DNA of 64,000 nucleotides from Macrostomum lignano (lineage: Eukaryota): the NCBI GenBank assembly GCA_002269645.1, contig NIVC01001700.1, positions 139,923 to 203,922 on the forward strand, given 5' to 3'. This document shows, one piece after another, positions 51,901-64,000 of this stretch (position 1 is its first letter; each line of letters begins with the position of its first letter). The position numbers and the translations under genes are program-made. The notes beneath the pieces were generated by a model. It saw only the letters and a list, made by a program, of their open reading frames with translations. It ran no database searches and had not been told where the DNA came from.

Positions 51901-54900
51901 AGGTGAGCTACTAGGTGAGATACTAGAGGTCAGATGATAAGATATTAGGTATTAGATGATGAGATACTAGTTATCAGGATGTTAAATATCGGCAAGCCCT
52001 TATTAGTTACTCAATAAACGGTCGTTGTCCTCCCACACCGCCCTTCCCACTCCGCAGTGTTCTTCCTAGACGAGCGGCTGCCGGTCCGGTTCGGCGTGCT
52101 GCTGAATCACGATGACAAGTACGCTGAGGTGCGGAAGGCGGTGTCAGACAGGTTCGGCATCGATCAGCGCCTCATTGTGCTGGCAGCGGTTATCTCTTCA
52201 ACTGTGCTGGTTAGCGTTATATTTTTGGATTGATCGCACTACTACTCATTAGTAGCAAGTAACGCAATTTTTAACTCAATTGTTTTAAATCTCGGCAGAA
52301 CTTCCCATCGGACGAGCAACAGATTAAATATTTGGCTTCTGGTAGTTCGCTATTCGCCTACCTGATGCCGTCAGCTGTGCCGATCGTGTCCGTGACCCCG
52401 GCCGTGACCCCAGCCGTGACCCCGGCTACCCGTCAGCCAGTTTGCAACGGCAGCAATGGCCCCAGCGCCAACAGCCAGCTGTCAAGGAACAGCTCAGTGA
52501 ACAGCCTGGCCGAGCAGTTGCCCGATCAGCAGCAGACACAAAGCCTGCAGTCATCCTCATCGTCCGCGTTGATGTCTAGAACTCTGGGATTCGCTCTAGT
52601 GTATCATCGAAAGCAGGTTCGCATGGATGTGTACTTTCTATCTTATCACAAAACCAGGCTGTCTCTGTTTAGCCTGCCATGCGTGCTGCCTCTGCTGCCC
52701 GGGATGAAGAACTCCGACGTTTATCGCTGCATTTGGATGCAGGTGAGCTGTTGTGCGAATTGGCTAATCCCCTGGTGTTATGAGGGATTAGCGGCCCACT
52801 GACTCCCCAGGTGTTATGAGGGATTAGCGGCCCACTGACTCCCCAGGTGTTATGAGGGATTAGCGGACTAATGACTCCCCAGGTGTTTTGTTATGAGGGA
52901 TAGCGGGCCAATGACTCCCCAGGTGTTATGAGGGATTAGCGGCCCACTGACTCCCCAGGTGTTATGAGGGATTAGCGGCCCACTGACTCCCCAGGTGTTG
53001 TGAGGGATTAGCGGACTACTGACTCCCCAGGTGTTATAAGGGATTAGCGGACTACTGACTCCCCAGGTGTTATAAAGGATTAGCGGCCCACTGACTCCCC
53101 AGGTGTTATAAGGGATTAGCGGCCCACTGACTCCCCAGGTGTTATGAGGGATTAGCGGCCCTCTGACTCCCGAGGTGTTATGAGGGATTAGCGGACCTCT
53201 GACTCCCCAGGTGTTATGAGGGATTAGCGGCCCTCTGACTCCCCAGGTGTTATGAGGGATTAGCGGACCTCTGATTACCCAGGTATTATAAGGGATTAGC
53301 GGACCACTTATTCGGAACGCTTAACATCCTACATCAACATCGATCCCGCAGGTGAAGCGCCTTGTAACTCCCAAGCCGGAGTTTCCCCATTCCAATCACG
53401 CCACCTTAGGCGACATGGTGGGCGCCTCCGGCGAGTATCCATTCCAGGTGAAGTGCATCAATAGCACCGGTCTGGCCTGCGCCCTGTGTCCCTGGTACCG
53501 GTTCTGCCGCGGCTGCCTTGTGCCGTGCGACGATTCCATCTATGACACGTCACGCTCTGACCATCTGGCTGTAGACTGGGAGCATACAGCTTTGCACCTG
53601 CGCTATCAGGCCTCGCTAGAGAGGGACTTTGCTACTGATCCATCTTTGCAGCAATTGCAAAAGGTTTGCAGCTTGGGTTGTAAGCTTCTTTGTTTAGGGT
53701 TGCTGCTAATAGTTCACGATCTCGTAATAATTCTTATAACTTGCTTGGGCGTCCCATAACCTAGTCACCCTTAACACAGTCCTGTGTCGTTCTAGGATTC
53801 AATAATGTCTGTCTAGGTGTCGCCATATCCACTCAGGTGTCCTTGGTACCCGTCCGTGCTCATATAGACGTCCTTGGCACCCGTTCCATGTAAATATAGG
53901 CGTCCTTGGCTCCCGTCCGTGCTCATATAGGCGTGTATGAACGTCCTTGGCACCCGTTCCATGTAAATACAGGCGTCCTTGGCATCCGTCCGTGTTCATA
54001 TAGGCGTCCTTGGCACCCGTTCCATGTTCATATAGGCGTCCTTGGCAGCCGTTCCATGTAAATACAGGCGTCCTTGGCATCCGTCCGTGTTCATATAGGC
54101 GTCCTTGGCACCCGTTCCATGTTCATATAGGCGTCCTTGGCAGCCGTTCCATGCTCATATAGGCGTCCTTGGCACCCGTTCCATGCTCATATAGGCGTCC
54201 TTTGCACCCGTCCGTGCTCATATAGGCGTCCTTGGCACCCGTTCCGTGCTCATAATAGGCGTCCTTGGAGTTGGCACCCGTTCCGTGTTCATATAGGCGT
54301 CCCTGGCACTATTACGCTTCCGTTCCGTGCCCTGGACACTGTCCAGTGTTCATTTAGATATCCTTGACACTGTCCCATTTCTACCTAGAGGCGTCCATGA
54401 CACTGCCCATTTCCCCCTAGAGACGTCCATGACACTGTCCCATTTCTACCTAGAGGCGTCCATGACACTGTCCCATTTCTACCCAGAGGCGTCCTTGACA
54501 CTGTCCCGTGCCCATGTATGATAGTCTTTAACTCTCTTGGTTTCTTTATTATTGTGTACAACTTACACTACTGTTAATAAGTAGGAGAACGCGACTTTCT
54601 GTTCTTTATCAAGGTTGTCGCCGAGCCAATGAACCTGGACGCCTGCTTTCGCGCCTTCACCCGCGTCGAGGAGCTTAACGACAAGGACACCTATTTCTGC
54701 TCCAAATGCCGCGAGCACCGCACTGCCAGCCTGGCCATGCGGCTGTGGCGCCTGCCTCCCATTCTCATTCTGCACCTCAAACGCTTCCACTTCGTGGCTA
54801 ATCGGTGGGTGAAGTCGCACAAAGTGGTCACCTGTCCGACTCGCGGTCTCCGGCTGCAGCCGCACGCCAGTCCCGGGGCGCCCGCCGCCACAGACGATGC

Positions 54901-55720
54901 CCAATACCATCTCTACGCTGTGATCTGCCACTCTGGCATACTGGGCGGTGGCCATTATGTGTCCTATGCGAGAAGCTCCACCGGCCAGTGGTACCTGTTC
55001 AATGACAGCTCTGTCAAGGTGGGCGTCTGCTAAAATTATCTTAGTCCACTCTCTACTCTCTCAGTCCACTCTCTACTCTCTCAGTCCACTCTCTACTCTC
55101 TCAGTCCACTCTCTACTCCCTCAGTCCACTCTCTACTCTCTCAGTCCACTCTCTACTCTCTCAGTCCACTCTCTACTCTCTCAGTCCACTCTCTACTCTC
55201 TCAGTCCACTCTCTACTCTCTTAGTCCACTCTCTACTCTCTCAGTCCACTCTCTACTCTCTCAGTCCACTCTCTACTCTCTCAGTCCACTCTCTACTCTC
55301 TCAGTCCACTCTCTACTCTCTCAGTTTACTCTGTACTCTCTCAGTCCACTCTCTACTCTCTTAGTCCACTCTCTACTCCCTCAGTCCACTCTCTACTCCC
55401 TCAGTCCACTCTCTACTCCCTCAGTCCACTCTCTACTCGCTCGGTTTACTCTTTAATCTCTCAGTCCACTCTGTACTCTATCTGTCTACTCTCTGTCTTT
55501 CTACAAATTACTTTGCACACTTATTCACATTCACGCCACATTGCAGCCGGTGTCTGAGGACCAAGTGGACATGACAACCGCCTATTTGTTATTCTACGAG
55601 CGGGACGATACTAAATTGGAGAAACTGCTGCCGGATGTCACCGGGAGGGCGCCGTGCGAGGGACCGATTCAGGAGGACGAGGTGGACACCGAGATGCGCA
55701 AGATGTGCAGCCTGCAGTGA
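42909..55720 (+). CDS. USP32: Ubiquitin carboxyl-terminal hydrolase 32 (EF-hands, DUSP, UBL, USP catalytic domain, CAAX); 1456 aa
   Basis: 14 exons with consistent phases totalling 4371 nt: 42909-42972, 44836-44960 (GC donor), 45040-45145, 45705-45983, 46653-46892, 48215-48558, 49035-50305, 50388-50493, 51077-51425, 52058-52209, 52299-52742, 53352-53663, 54614-55018, 55547-55720. Motifs: [42 protein letters not shown], Cys box [32 protein letters not shown], His box [26 protein letters not shown]-terminal CSLQ. Confidence 0.95.
45318..45530 (+). mobile_element. tRNA-derived SINE with CORE-like domain (second copy)
   Basis: tctagtggttggagcgttggactcac...ggttcgattctc...cttcagttcacccagctgtaaaatgggt...cagtccttagactgaacagcc, shared with 26417-26570. 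Confidence 0.72.
46010..46370. repeat. Degenerate AT-rich tandem repeat
   Basis: Recurring gcctttgcactttagta / ttgtacttgcac. Confidence 0.65.
46995..48005. repeat. 23-bp minisatellite
   Basis: Unit cagacacatcatgaggaacaact. Confidence 0.95.
50515..51010. repeat. 46-bp minisatellite
   Basis: Unit gatacatgatcgaagtgacagagagtacatgattcatgtgccacat. Confidence 0.92.
51445..51975. repeat. Degenerate ~30-bp minisatellite
   Basis: Core gatactaggtgagatactaggtgtcagatgat. Confidence 0.85.
52770..53310. repeat. 36-bp minisatellite
   Basis: Unit ccccaggtgttatgagggattagcggcccactgact. Confidence 0.95.
53830..54305. repeat. ~32-bp minisatellite
   Basis: Unit ataggcgtccttggcacccgttccatgttcat. Confidence 0.9.
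54333..54512. repeat. ~33-bp minisatellite
   Basis: Unit gacactgtcccatttctacctagaggcgtccat. Confidence 0.85.
55040..55495. repeat. 20-bp minisatellite
   Basis: Unit ctctcagtccactctctact. Confidence 0.95.
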
Positions 55721-55744
55721 TGCCCGTCCCGACTCACTAAACGC

Positions 55745-56522
55745 CTGTCTGTCTGTCTGCCTGTCTGTCTTTCTCTCTGTCTGTCTTTCTGTCTGTCTTT
55801 CTGTCTGTCTGTCTTTCTCTCTGTCTGTTTCTGTCTGTCTGTCTGTCTTTCTCTGTCTGTCTTTCTGTCTGTCTGTCGTCTGTCTGTCTGTCTGTCTGTC
55901 TTTCTCTCTGTCTGTCTGTCTGTCTTTCTGTCTGTCTGTCTTTCTGTCTGTCTTTCTGTCTGTCTGTCTTTCTCTCTGTCTGTTTCTGTCTGTCTGTCTG
56001 TCTGTCTTTCTCTCTGTCTGTCTTTCTGTCTGTCTTTCTGTCTGTCTGTCTTTCTCTCTGTCTGTTTCTGTCTGTCTGTCTGTCTTTCTCTGTCTGTCTT
56101 TCTGTCTGTCTGTCTTTCTGTCTGTCTTTCTGTCTGTCTGTCGTCTGTCTGTCTTTCTCTGTCTGTCTGTCTTTCTCTCTGTCTGTCTGTCTTTCTCTCT
56201 GTCTGTCTTTCTGTCTGTCTGTCTTTCTGTCTGTCTGTCTGTCTGTCTGTCTTTCTCTCTGTCTGTCTTTCTGTCTGTCTGTCTTTCTGTCTTTCTGTCT
56301 GTCTGTCTGTCTTTCTCTCTGTCTGTCTTTCTGTCTGTCTGTCTGTCTGTCTGTCTGTCGTCTGTCTGTCTTTCTCTCTGTCTGTTTCTGTCTGTCTGTC
56401 TGTCTTTCTCTGTCTGTCTTTCTGTCTGTCTGTCTGTCTGTCTGTCTTTCTCTGTCTGTCTGTCTTTCTCTCTGTCTGTCTGTCTGTCTTTCTCTCTGTC
56501 TGTCTTTCTGTCTGTCTGTCTT

Positions 56523-56553
<31 letters not shown>

Positions 56554-56721
56554 TTCTCTCTGTCTGTCTTTCTGTCTGTCTGTCTTTCTGTCTTTCTGTC
56601 TGTCTGTCTGTCTTTCTCTCTGTCTGTCTTTCTGTCTGTCTGTCTGTCTGTCTGTCTGTCGTCTGTCTGTCTTTCTCTCTGTCTGTTTCTGTCTGTCTGT
56701 CTGTCTTTCTCTGTCTGTCTT

Positions 56722-56752
<31 letters not shown>

Positions 56753-57008
56753 TTCTCTCTGTCTGTTTCTGTCTGTCTGTCTGTCTTTCTCTGTCTGTCT
56801 GTCTTTCTCTCTGTCTGTCTTTCTGTCTGTCTGTCTGTCTGTCTGTCTTTCTCTCTGTCTGTTTCTGTCTGTCTGTCTGTCTTTCTCTGTCTGTCTTTCT
56901 GTCTGTCTGTCTGTCTTTCTCTCTCTCTGTCTTTCTGTCTGTCTGTCTGTGTCTGTCTGTCTGTCTGTCTGTCCATCTGTCCGTCTGTCCACCTGTCTGT
57001 GTGTCTGT
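55745..57008. repeat. Complex (CTGT)n/(CTTT)/(CT) microsatellite
   Basis: Starts ~25 nt after the USP32 stop codon. Confidence 0.97.
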
Positions 57009-57899
57009 CTAGCGCGCCAAAGACCCGCGCACTGATCCAGCTGGGCTGTGAGAACTGCAGACTGCGGCAAGCAAACAATAATCATCCCATTGTGATTTCC
57101 CTATTATTAGCTTTGCAGTGTTGCTTTTTCCCTGAATTTTTGCGCATTCTCCAATCGCGATCGATCGCTACATGCACTTTTGCCAGCGCCTCCGATGTCT
57201 GTCTGTCGATGCTTCTTGCCCGTATCCAGAGCGTGTGCAGGGGTTTATAATGCTGTCCGGTATAGATTATTGCTGTGTAACAGTATGGCCGAGTAACACA
57301 TAGTTACTTCAATGGGGGCACAATTACTATATGATAATATTGCTAACACCGTGTTGTATGGATATTCCTATTTATAGACATTTTGTGCGCTTTTTTATTT
57401 TTCTACAATTCAGACTTGTATCTGTAAGTTGATTTAGTAAGCGTAAGCGATGTTTCTATTTGTAGCGCTATGAAGCAGCGGCCAGCGGCTGACGCAGGTG
57501 GTGCCTTGCTATGTAAACCTAATTGTGTTTTCGATGTGCGAGTCTTCAATGGGAACACGTTGATGTATATTGGTCAGTTAAAAAAGGTTCTATCCTCACG
57601 TTGGCTCGCCTGGCCGCTGCAAGCCCTCCTCTTATCAGTGCCACTTCTGTTGTCTAAGCTCTCCCATTCTCTAAGCAATATTCAGGACTTGCTATTCGAA
57701 TATAGAATAGATTATATATATACTATTGCTTATATATAATGCGTATTTGTTGGCTTGTGATCGATTTAATAATTCCGCGCTAAAAATACAGACTCACCTG
57801 CGCCTTCTGATCCGCGTCTAACCTTGTCGCTTCTGTATTGTGCTGTTTTACTTATCCTAAATGGGATTTTCACTATTCCCTGTCTTACCATAGGGGCTG

Positions 57900-58335
57900 A
57901 GGACCTAGAATATGCCAAAATGGGATTCTTATAGTTCCATATCTCCCTGTATGAGTTGGCAGCCTTGAATATCCCGAAATGGGATTATTATGGTTCCATA
58001 ACTCCCTGTGTGAGTTGGCAGCCTAAAATATCCCAAAATGGGATTATTATTGTTTCATAAATCCCAGTATGAGTTGGCAGCCTTAAATATCCCAAAATGG
58101 GATTATTATGATTCCATATCTCCCAGTTTGAGTTGGCAGCCTAAAATATCCCAAAATGGGATTATTATTGTTTCATAAATCCCAGTATGAGTTGGCAGCC
58201 TTAAATATCCCAAAATGGGATTATTATTGTTTCATAAATCCCAGTATGAGTTGGCAGCCTTAAATATCCCAAAATGGGATTATTATTGTTTCATAAATCC
58301 CAGTATGAGTTGGCAGCCTTAAATATCCCAAAATG
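57900..58335. repeat. 59-bp minisatellite
   Basis: Unit gagttggcagccttaaatatcccaaaatgggattattattgtttcataaatcccagtat. Confidence 0.92.
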
Positions 58336-59509
58336 GGATTATTATGATTTCACATCTCTCTGAACCCGCGAAGTCGTAGCTATCAACAACTTATCAACTT
58401 ATCTGGCACTTATTCAGCATTGTCTTTCTTCCCCAGTTTGTGAATTGTGAGTGACTGGAATTTCTCCTTGTCCTTCCTCAGAGACTGTGACTTTGATTTT
58501 TGTCTTATATTGTTTCTTTCTAATTATTTTCCGAATAATATTCCCGATCTGCTCTCGTCCTGAGCTCCATTATCCCAATGGCTATCTGATTATTCGCATG
58601 CTTTCTAGTTGAAATTAATTTGATAATTCTTAACGCGATCGCAGCATGTCTTATTAAATTTGTGTTTTTACCTTGATTGATGTTCTTCATCGCTTAACTC
58701 AAATGGCATATGCACATGTGTACATTGCTGCAACCTTGCTGATAGCGAACTGTTTAGTAGCAGGATATCAATGAATACACTTGTGTATTGTTGCGGTTTA
58801 GAACACTTCTATATAAATCTATTTATAAATAATATCATAATAAATATTCAATACTAATGTGGGATAATTATATTGTTATTATGTGTACACACGGACTCGC
58901 AGCATTGGCTGGTTTATAACTAACACTGGGAGCTGATTTCAGCTTTCATTTTACATGAATTTTTATTGAATTATAGTCAGTGATGAAGATAATGGTATTA
59001 GTCCCTAATTGGCACTGTCCCAAAATATATTCTGCTGTAGGTTTCGTCTATTTAATGATTTTAGTTCAAAATGAAAATACATTATTTATTATAAGTAGCT
59101 CGTATACAACTATGCAGTATCTCATCATTAATGATAAGAGTTTATCGCGCAAACAGTTTTATATTGCACAAAGTCTGTTTGCTGTTCCAGTGGGCGGGTT
59201 GACACACACACACACACACACACTCAGTGCTCACCTGTTTGCATGCACCGGGTTTTCTTCATTGCGGAATGCGGAGCTCTATAAACTTTTGGCAATTTGC
59301 CCTCCAAATCGATATGAAAGCTGCTCATGAACAGTGAGTTGAGCTGTCAGTTGGCTGTTGGTTAGTGCGCATGCGTCAGCCCATGCAGTGCGTGGGCGGG
59401 GCGTCGGCGGATTGAATGGCTGGGCTAAGAGCTCGCATTGAATGTATTATACGATACTGATTGCCAACAAAGGAAGTTGTCGCCGCATTTCTTTTTGGCA
59501 TCCAAAATC

Positions 59510-60812
59510 AAGCCAAGAGACTGAGGGCGCCCATCAAGAGACAGGGGCGCTAATCAAGAGACAGGGGTACTCACCAAGAAATACGGGCACCCACCAAGAG
59601 AAAGGGGCACCCACCAAAAGAAAGGGGCACCCACCAAGAGAAAGGGGCACCCACCAAGAGAAAGGGGACCCACCAATAAACAGGGGCACCCACCAAGAGA
59701 CAGTTAGCGGCCCACCAAGAGACAGGGGCACCCAACAAGAGACAGTGAGCGGCCCACCAAGAGACAGGGGCACCCACCAAGAGACAGTTAGCGGCCCACC
59801 AAGAGACAGGGGCACCCTAACTGAGACAGTTAGCGGCCCACCAAGAGACAGGGGCACCCACCAAGAGACAGTTAGCGGCCCACCAAGAGACAGGGGCACC
59901 CACTAAGAGACAGTTAGCGGCCCACCAAGAGACAGGGGCACCCACCAAGAGACAGTTAGCGGCCCACCAAGAGACAGGGGCACCCAACAAGAGACAGTTA
60001 GCGGCCCACCAAGAGACGGGCACCCTAACTGAGACAGTTAGCGGCCCACCAAGAGACAGGGGCACCCACCAAGAGACAGTTAGCGGCCCACCAAGAGACA
60101 GGGGCACCCACCAAGAGACAGTTAGCGGCCCACCAAGAGACAGGGGCACCCACCAAGAGACAGTTAGCGGCCCACCAAGAGACAGGGGCACCCAACAAGA
60201 GACAGTTAGCGGCCCACCAAGAGACAGGGGCACCCTAACTGAGACAGTTAGCGGCCCACCAAGAGACAGGGGCACCCACCAAGAGACAGTTAGCGGCCCA
60301 CCAAGAGACAGGGGCACCCTAACTGAGACAGTTAGCGGCCCACCAAGAGACAGGGGCACCCACCAAGAGACAGTTAGCGGCCCACCAAGAGACAGGGGCA
60401 CCCACTAAGAGACAGTTAGCGGCCCACCAAGAGACAGGGGCACCCACCAAGAGACAGTTAGCGGCCCACCAAGAGACAGGGGCACCCAACAAGAGACAGT
60501 TAGCGGCCCACCAAGAGACGGGCACCCTAACTGAGACAGTTAGCGGCCCACCAAGAGACAGGGGCACCCACCAAGAGACAGTTAGCGGCCCACCAAGAGA
60601 CAGGGGCACCCACCAAGAGACAGTTAGCGGCCCACCAAGAGACAGGGGCACCCACCAAGAGACAGTTAGCGGCCCACCAAGAGACAGGGGCACCCAACAA
60701 GAGACAGTTAGCGGCCCACCAAGAGACAGGGGCACCCTAACTGAGACAGTTAGCGGCCCACCAAGAGACAGGGGCACCCACCAAGAGACAGTTAGCGGCC
60801 CACTAAGAGACA
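59510..60812. repeat. 42-bp minisatellite
   Basis: Unit ccaccaagagacagttagcggcccaccaagagacaggggcac, built from two related halves. Confidence 0.95.
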
Positions 60813-61654
60813 TGTGTACATGTAATTTGAAATAAAAAAATATAGAAATTTTCTAATTGCTCGTCTGCGGGAAGATTTTCCAAGACAAATTGTAACAAGC
60901 CGCAAGTGACTGGCTGCGCAGAATCTCATAAATAGGTCTATTTACATTTCAATGCAATTTTTTACCCCTAATTTCCGACAAACAGAACCAAAAACGGAAA
61001 TGATTTGAGAAAATTAGAGAGAACAGTTGTTAATTCCAGATCCACATGAAAATTCTCTTTAATACTATTTTAACACCCTGAGCTTGAGTCCACCTTGGGC
61101 CAGGAGTTCAGTTAAAACGTGAGTCAGCCAAGCTTTAAGTTGCACCACGTCTCCAAAAGTGTTAAATCCTCACCCAAAACTCTGCACCTGCAGCTTCACA
61201 TAGCAGCCACCGCATTTGCCGTTCCCATGGGGAAGGAAGGGATTTAGGTATGGGAAACTAAGTCTGCCAGGTGACGGACAGGCCCAGACGGTCACTAAGG
61301 TGGCGTTGGTTGGCTGTTGGCCTTATAGAACTGGATTTTCCATCTATTCAGGTGCAGAGTGTCACACCATTTCACCCCCTGTCTCTCTCTCGCACCTCTC
61401 CTTTATTGGCAAGTCCAAGGAAACTTTAAACCAGTGTCTGGAGTTGACAACTCTCCACCCCACATAAAATCCTCATTTTCATCCAGCCACTTACATGCAT
61501 ACGATTAGGCATATTTTAACGTTTTACAATTTTCAACAAAAATGATCATAATCCAAATACTGAAAATGGTAATGGTAATGGTAAAGGGCAGGGGCCGGCA
61601 AACTATTTTGAACTTAAGGGGCAGATAGAGAACCTAGCACAGGACTGCGGGTCA

Positions 61655-61930
61655 GAGAGGAGAGTGGAGAGGAGAGAGGAGAGAGAAGTGAAAGTAGGAG
61701 AGAACGGGAGAGGAGGAGAGAGGAGAAAGAGGAGAAAAGGGAGAGGAGGGGAGAGAGGAGGGAGAGGAGGAGAGGACGGAGATAGAGAGGAGGGGAGAGA
61801 GAAGTGAGGGGAGGGGAGAGGGGAGAGAGGAGAGAAGGGAGAGGAGACGAGTTGGGAGAGGGGAGAGGAGGAGAGAGGAGATGGGAGATGAGAAAAAAGA
61901 GGAGATTAGCGGAGAAAAACTGAGAGGAGA
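61655..61930. repeat. Polypurine (GGAGA-like) low-complexity tract
   Basis: Almost purely G/A on the plus strand. Confidence 0.9.
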
Positions 61931-62400
61931 AACAAGCCTTTATCGGGCCGAATTGCTATTGTGAAGTTTCAAAGGACCCGACAGTGCCGGATAGAGAGGG
62001 CTTCATGGGCCGGAGTTTTGCGATTCCTGCTACAGGAAAACACTGATTTGAAAGCTTAAAATCTACAAGCTACGGAAGCTACAAATTTTAACAAAATACA
62101 AGTAGCTCGTATAGCTGTTCTAATGTAGTTTAGAAAACTTAAGTATGACAAGGTGACGTGTGTGACAAATTGGATACATACTCCAGTTACTCCAGATTTT
62201 TGGTCCAGAATCTCCTTGTCAAGTCCCAATTTTTTGGGGGGCTGCCTGAGTCACTTCAGCACTTCCCACGCCTCCACACACACAGCACACAACAGCACAG
62301 CAGACGGTTGGGCACAGCAGCTTCAGAACTGACGCTGGCTGGCGGGGGAGGAGCTAAAAATAGAACACTGCCCCCCTGCCCCACCCCCCTTCCAACGCCG

Positions 62401-62410
62401 GCTATAAATC
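62401..62410 (+). promoter_or_regulatory. Candidate TATA box of the peptide gene
   Basis: gcTATAAAtc in a GC-rich context ~125 nt upstream of the ATG at 62532. Confidence 0.45.
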
Positions 62411-62531
62411 CGAGGCCCCGGCGGCGGCCTCCAAGCCCTCTTCACTTTTCTACGAACTCATTCGCAACTACCAGTCAGACGCAAAAGGCAAAAAGACAAC
62501 CAACAAAGGAGCAAGAAAGCAGACAGCAGAC

Positions 62532-62825
62532 ATGCAACGATTAAACGGCAGCCTTCTCATTGCTCTGGTATTCACCATGGCCCTGTGTATCGCCACACTG
62601 GACGCTGTGGCCCTGTCTCCGTCCGGGGCTCTGCGACTGGAGCTGAACCGCAACTCGGCCGCCAGCGAGACCTACTTGATGCGGCAGCGGCCGGATTCCG
62701 AGTCCCCAGCGGCAGCACTGCTCAGCAGGAAGCGACGCGGACCTGAGAACGTGCTCATGCGAGCCTACCAGTGCAACCTGTACCGGAAGCAGGGCAAGAA
62801 GCCGCCGCCCAGCCTGAAGTGCTGA
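62532..62825 (+). CDS. Intronless secreted prepropeptide (97 aa), putative neuropeptide/hormone-like precursor
   Basis: Hydrophobic N-terminus (LLIALVFTMALCIATLDA), furin-type RKRR at aa 66-69, C-terminal 28-aa peptide GPENVLMRAYQCNLYRKQGKKPPPSLKC with two Cys. GC-rich codons, upstream TATA-like motif, downstream AATAAA motifs (~63270, ~63337). Confidence 0.75.
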   Translation: MQRLNGSLLIALVFTMALCIATLDAVALSPSGALRLELNRNSAASETYLMRQRPDSESPAAALLSRKRRGPENVLMRAYQCNLYRKQGKKPPPSLKC

Positions 62826-63663
62826 AGTGTCCTCCGCTCCGGCCGTTACACCAAATTTGACAGTTTTTTTTCTTGTGCTGCTCTCGCTAGTTAGCGTTGC
62901 TATGATGCTGTGATGCTGTACTCTCTACATCATCAATGAATAGTTGAACTCAGCTAGGAAACTGGCTTTGTAATTGCGCTGGCCAACCAACTCAATTATT
63001 CCGCGAAGTTGTCTTTGAAATTTACATTATTTTAAATTTTTGCATGTTTATTTAGCTTGCTTCACGCGTAAACCAGTCACAACCCACATCTTTACACAGT
63101 TCATATGACCTCCAGCTGCTCATACCGCTTGTGCCCTCCTGACCTCAAGTGAGCTCGGCTCTCAGCTGTTTCTCATTGCTCACTAATTGCTCACAATTGA
63201 AAGTCTAAAAAAAGTGCCGCCGATTGTATTCAATCGCAAATTTTCTGAGCATTTCTTGCTTATAAATTGAATAAAATAACTGACTGGATCAGAGTTCGAT
63301 TAAACAAATCCTGCCTTGGATTTTATTTCTTCCGTCAATAAATAAACGAAAAGTTTGACGAGCCTGCACTTACAGCATCGGCAAAATGAGGGCACAAGTG
63401 GAAGCAATTGAGCTGTCAGGTGGTATCTCTATGTGCCAGCGCCTATAGGCCCTGGCCTAGTCATTCTGTGCCAGCGTGCGCACCGCAGACACAGAGAGGA
63501 GAACAGATAATAAGAAGACAGAGAGGAAGGAGTCACCGACTCTGCCGCTTGCTCACTGCAAGAGTTTAACTGTACTTAGAACTTTGTTACGGTAGGGGGG
63601 GGGGGTCGCCCAGCGCAAAAAAGTTGCCAATGCAGATTGATGGGAATTTTCACGCTCGCTGCA

Positions 63664-63678
63664 GAGAGAGAGGGAGAG

Positions 63679-63730
<52 letters not shown>
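63664..63730. repeat. (GA)n microsatellite
   Basis: Direct reading. Confidence 0.95.
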
Positions 63731-63733
<3 letters not shown>

Positions 63734-64000
63734 TTTTAGCTTTCGCATTCCACCTATATAGTCTGGTTGCTCCTGGTTACCGGAGCGCGCCGGCCGGCAT
63801 TGAAGTGTTTGTTTGTGGGTGGGGCAGGTAGTTATTTTATAGCAGCACTGCAGACCGAACTGGGAGGGCTGGCGCACAATGCACCCGGCCAGTAATAGAG
63901 AAGCGATAGGAATGCGGCCACGAACTCCAACGTTTGCCAAGGAGTTCTAGATAAGTACATCTGGATAGAAAGTTAACTGCTAGCGAACTGGCACTGATTT

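Noticed and set aside
55589-57085. 466-498 aa ORFs
   Set aside because: Translations of (CTGT)n.
57798-57832. Possible 35-nt minus-strand micro-exon (ATRLDADQKAQ, CAG|GTGAGT)
   Set aside because: No convincing partner exons or recognisable protein could be assembled.
62772-62822. Calling the peptide a natriuretic peptide
   Set aside because: Only ring size and terminal Cys agree; the conserved FG and DRI residues are absent.

Overview
Eukaryotic (metazoan) genomic DNA, not prokaryotic. GC-rich, low-complexity-rich exons are separated by introns that each carry their own minisatellite; this style suggests a free-living flatworm such as Macrostomum, but that is inference only. Three spliced genes could be rebuilt by hand with consistent intron phases. 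(1) A 5'-incomplete CEP170-like gene (+, 552-13532). (2) A complete RasGRP/CalDAG-GEF gene (-, 16684-34498; REM, RasGEF, EF-hands, C1, coiled coil; ~743 aa). (3) A complete USP32 gene (+, 42909-55720; 14 coding exons, 1456 aa, N-terminal MG and C-terminal CAAX). There is also an intronless secreted prepropeptide ORF (62532-62825) and an orphan ORF (39576-39992). Between RasGRP and USP32 is a nested transposon cluster: a PIF/Harbinger-derived foldback element made of two inverted copies of the same end (AAT TSD, Myb-like ORF fragment), a P-element derivative inserted in it at GTCCGGAC (8-bp TSD), and a recent 5'-truncated RNase H-containing LINE with a 14-bp TSD. Two GC-AG introns, two short interspersed repeat families and about 35 tandem repeats were also found. 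Most long ORFs in the track are repeat artefacts. Family assignments rest on recalled motifs, with no database search run.
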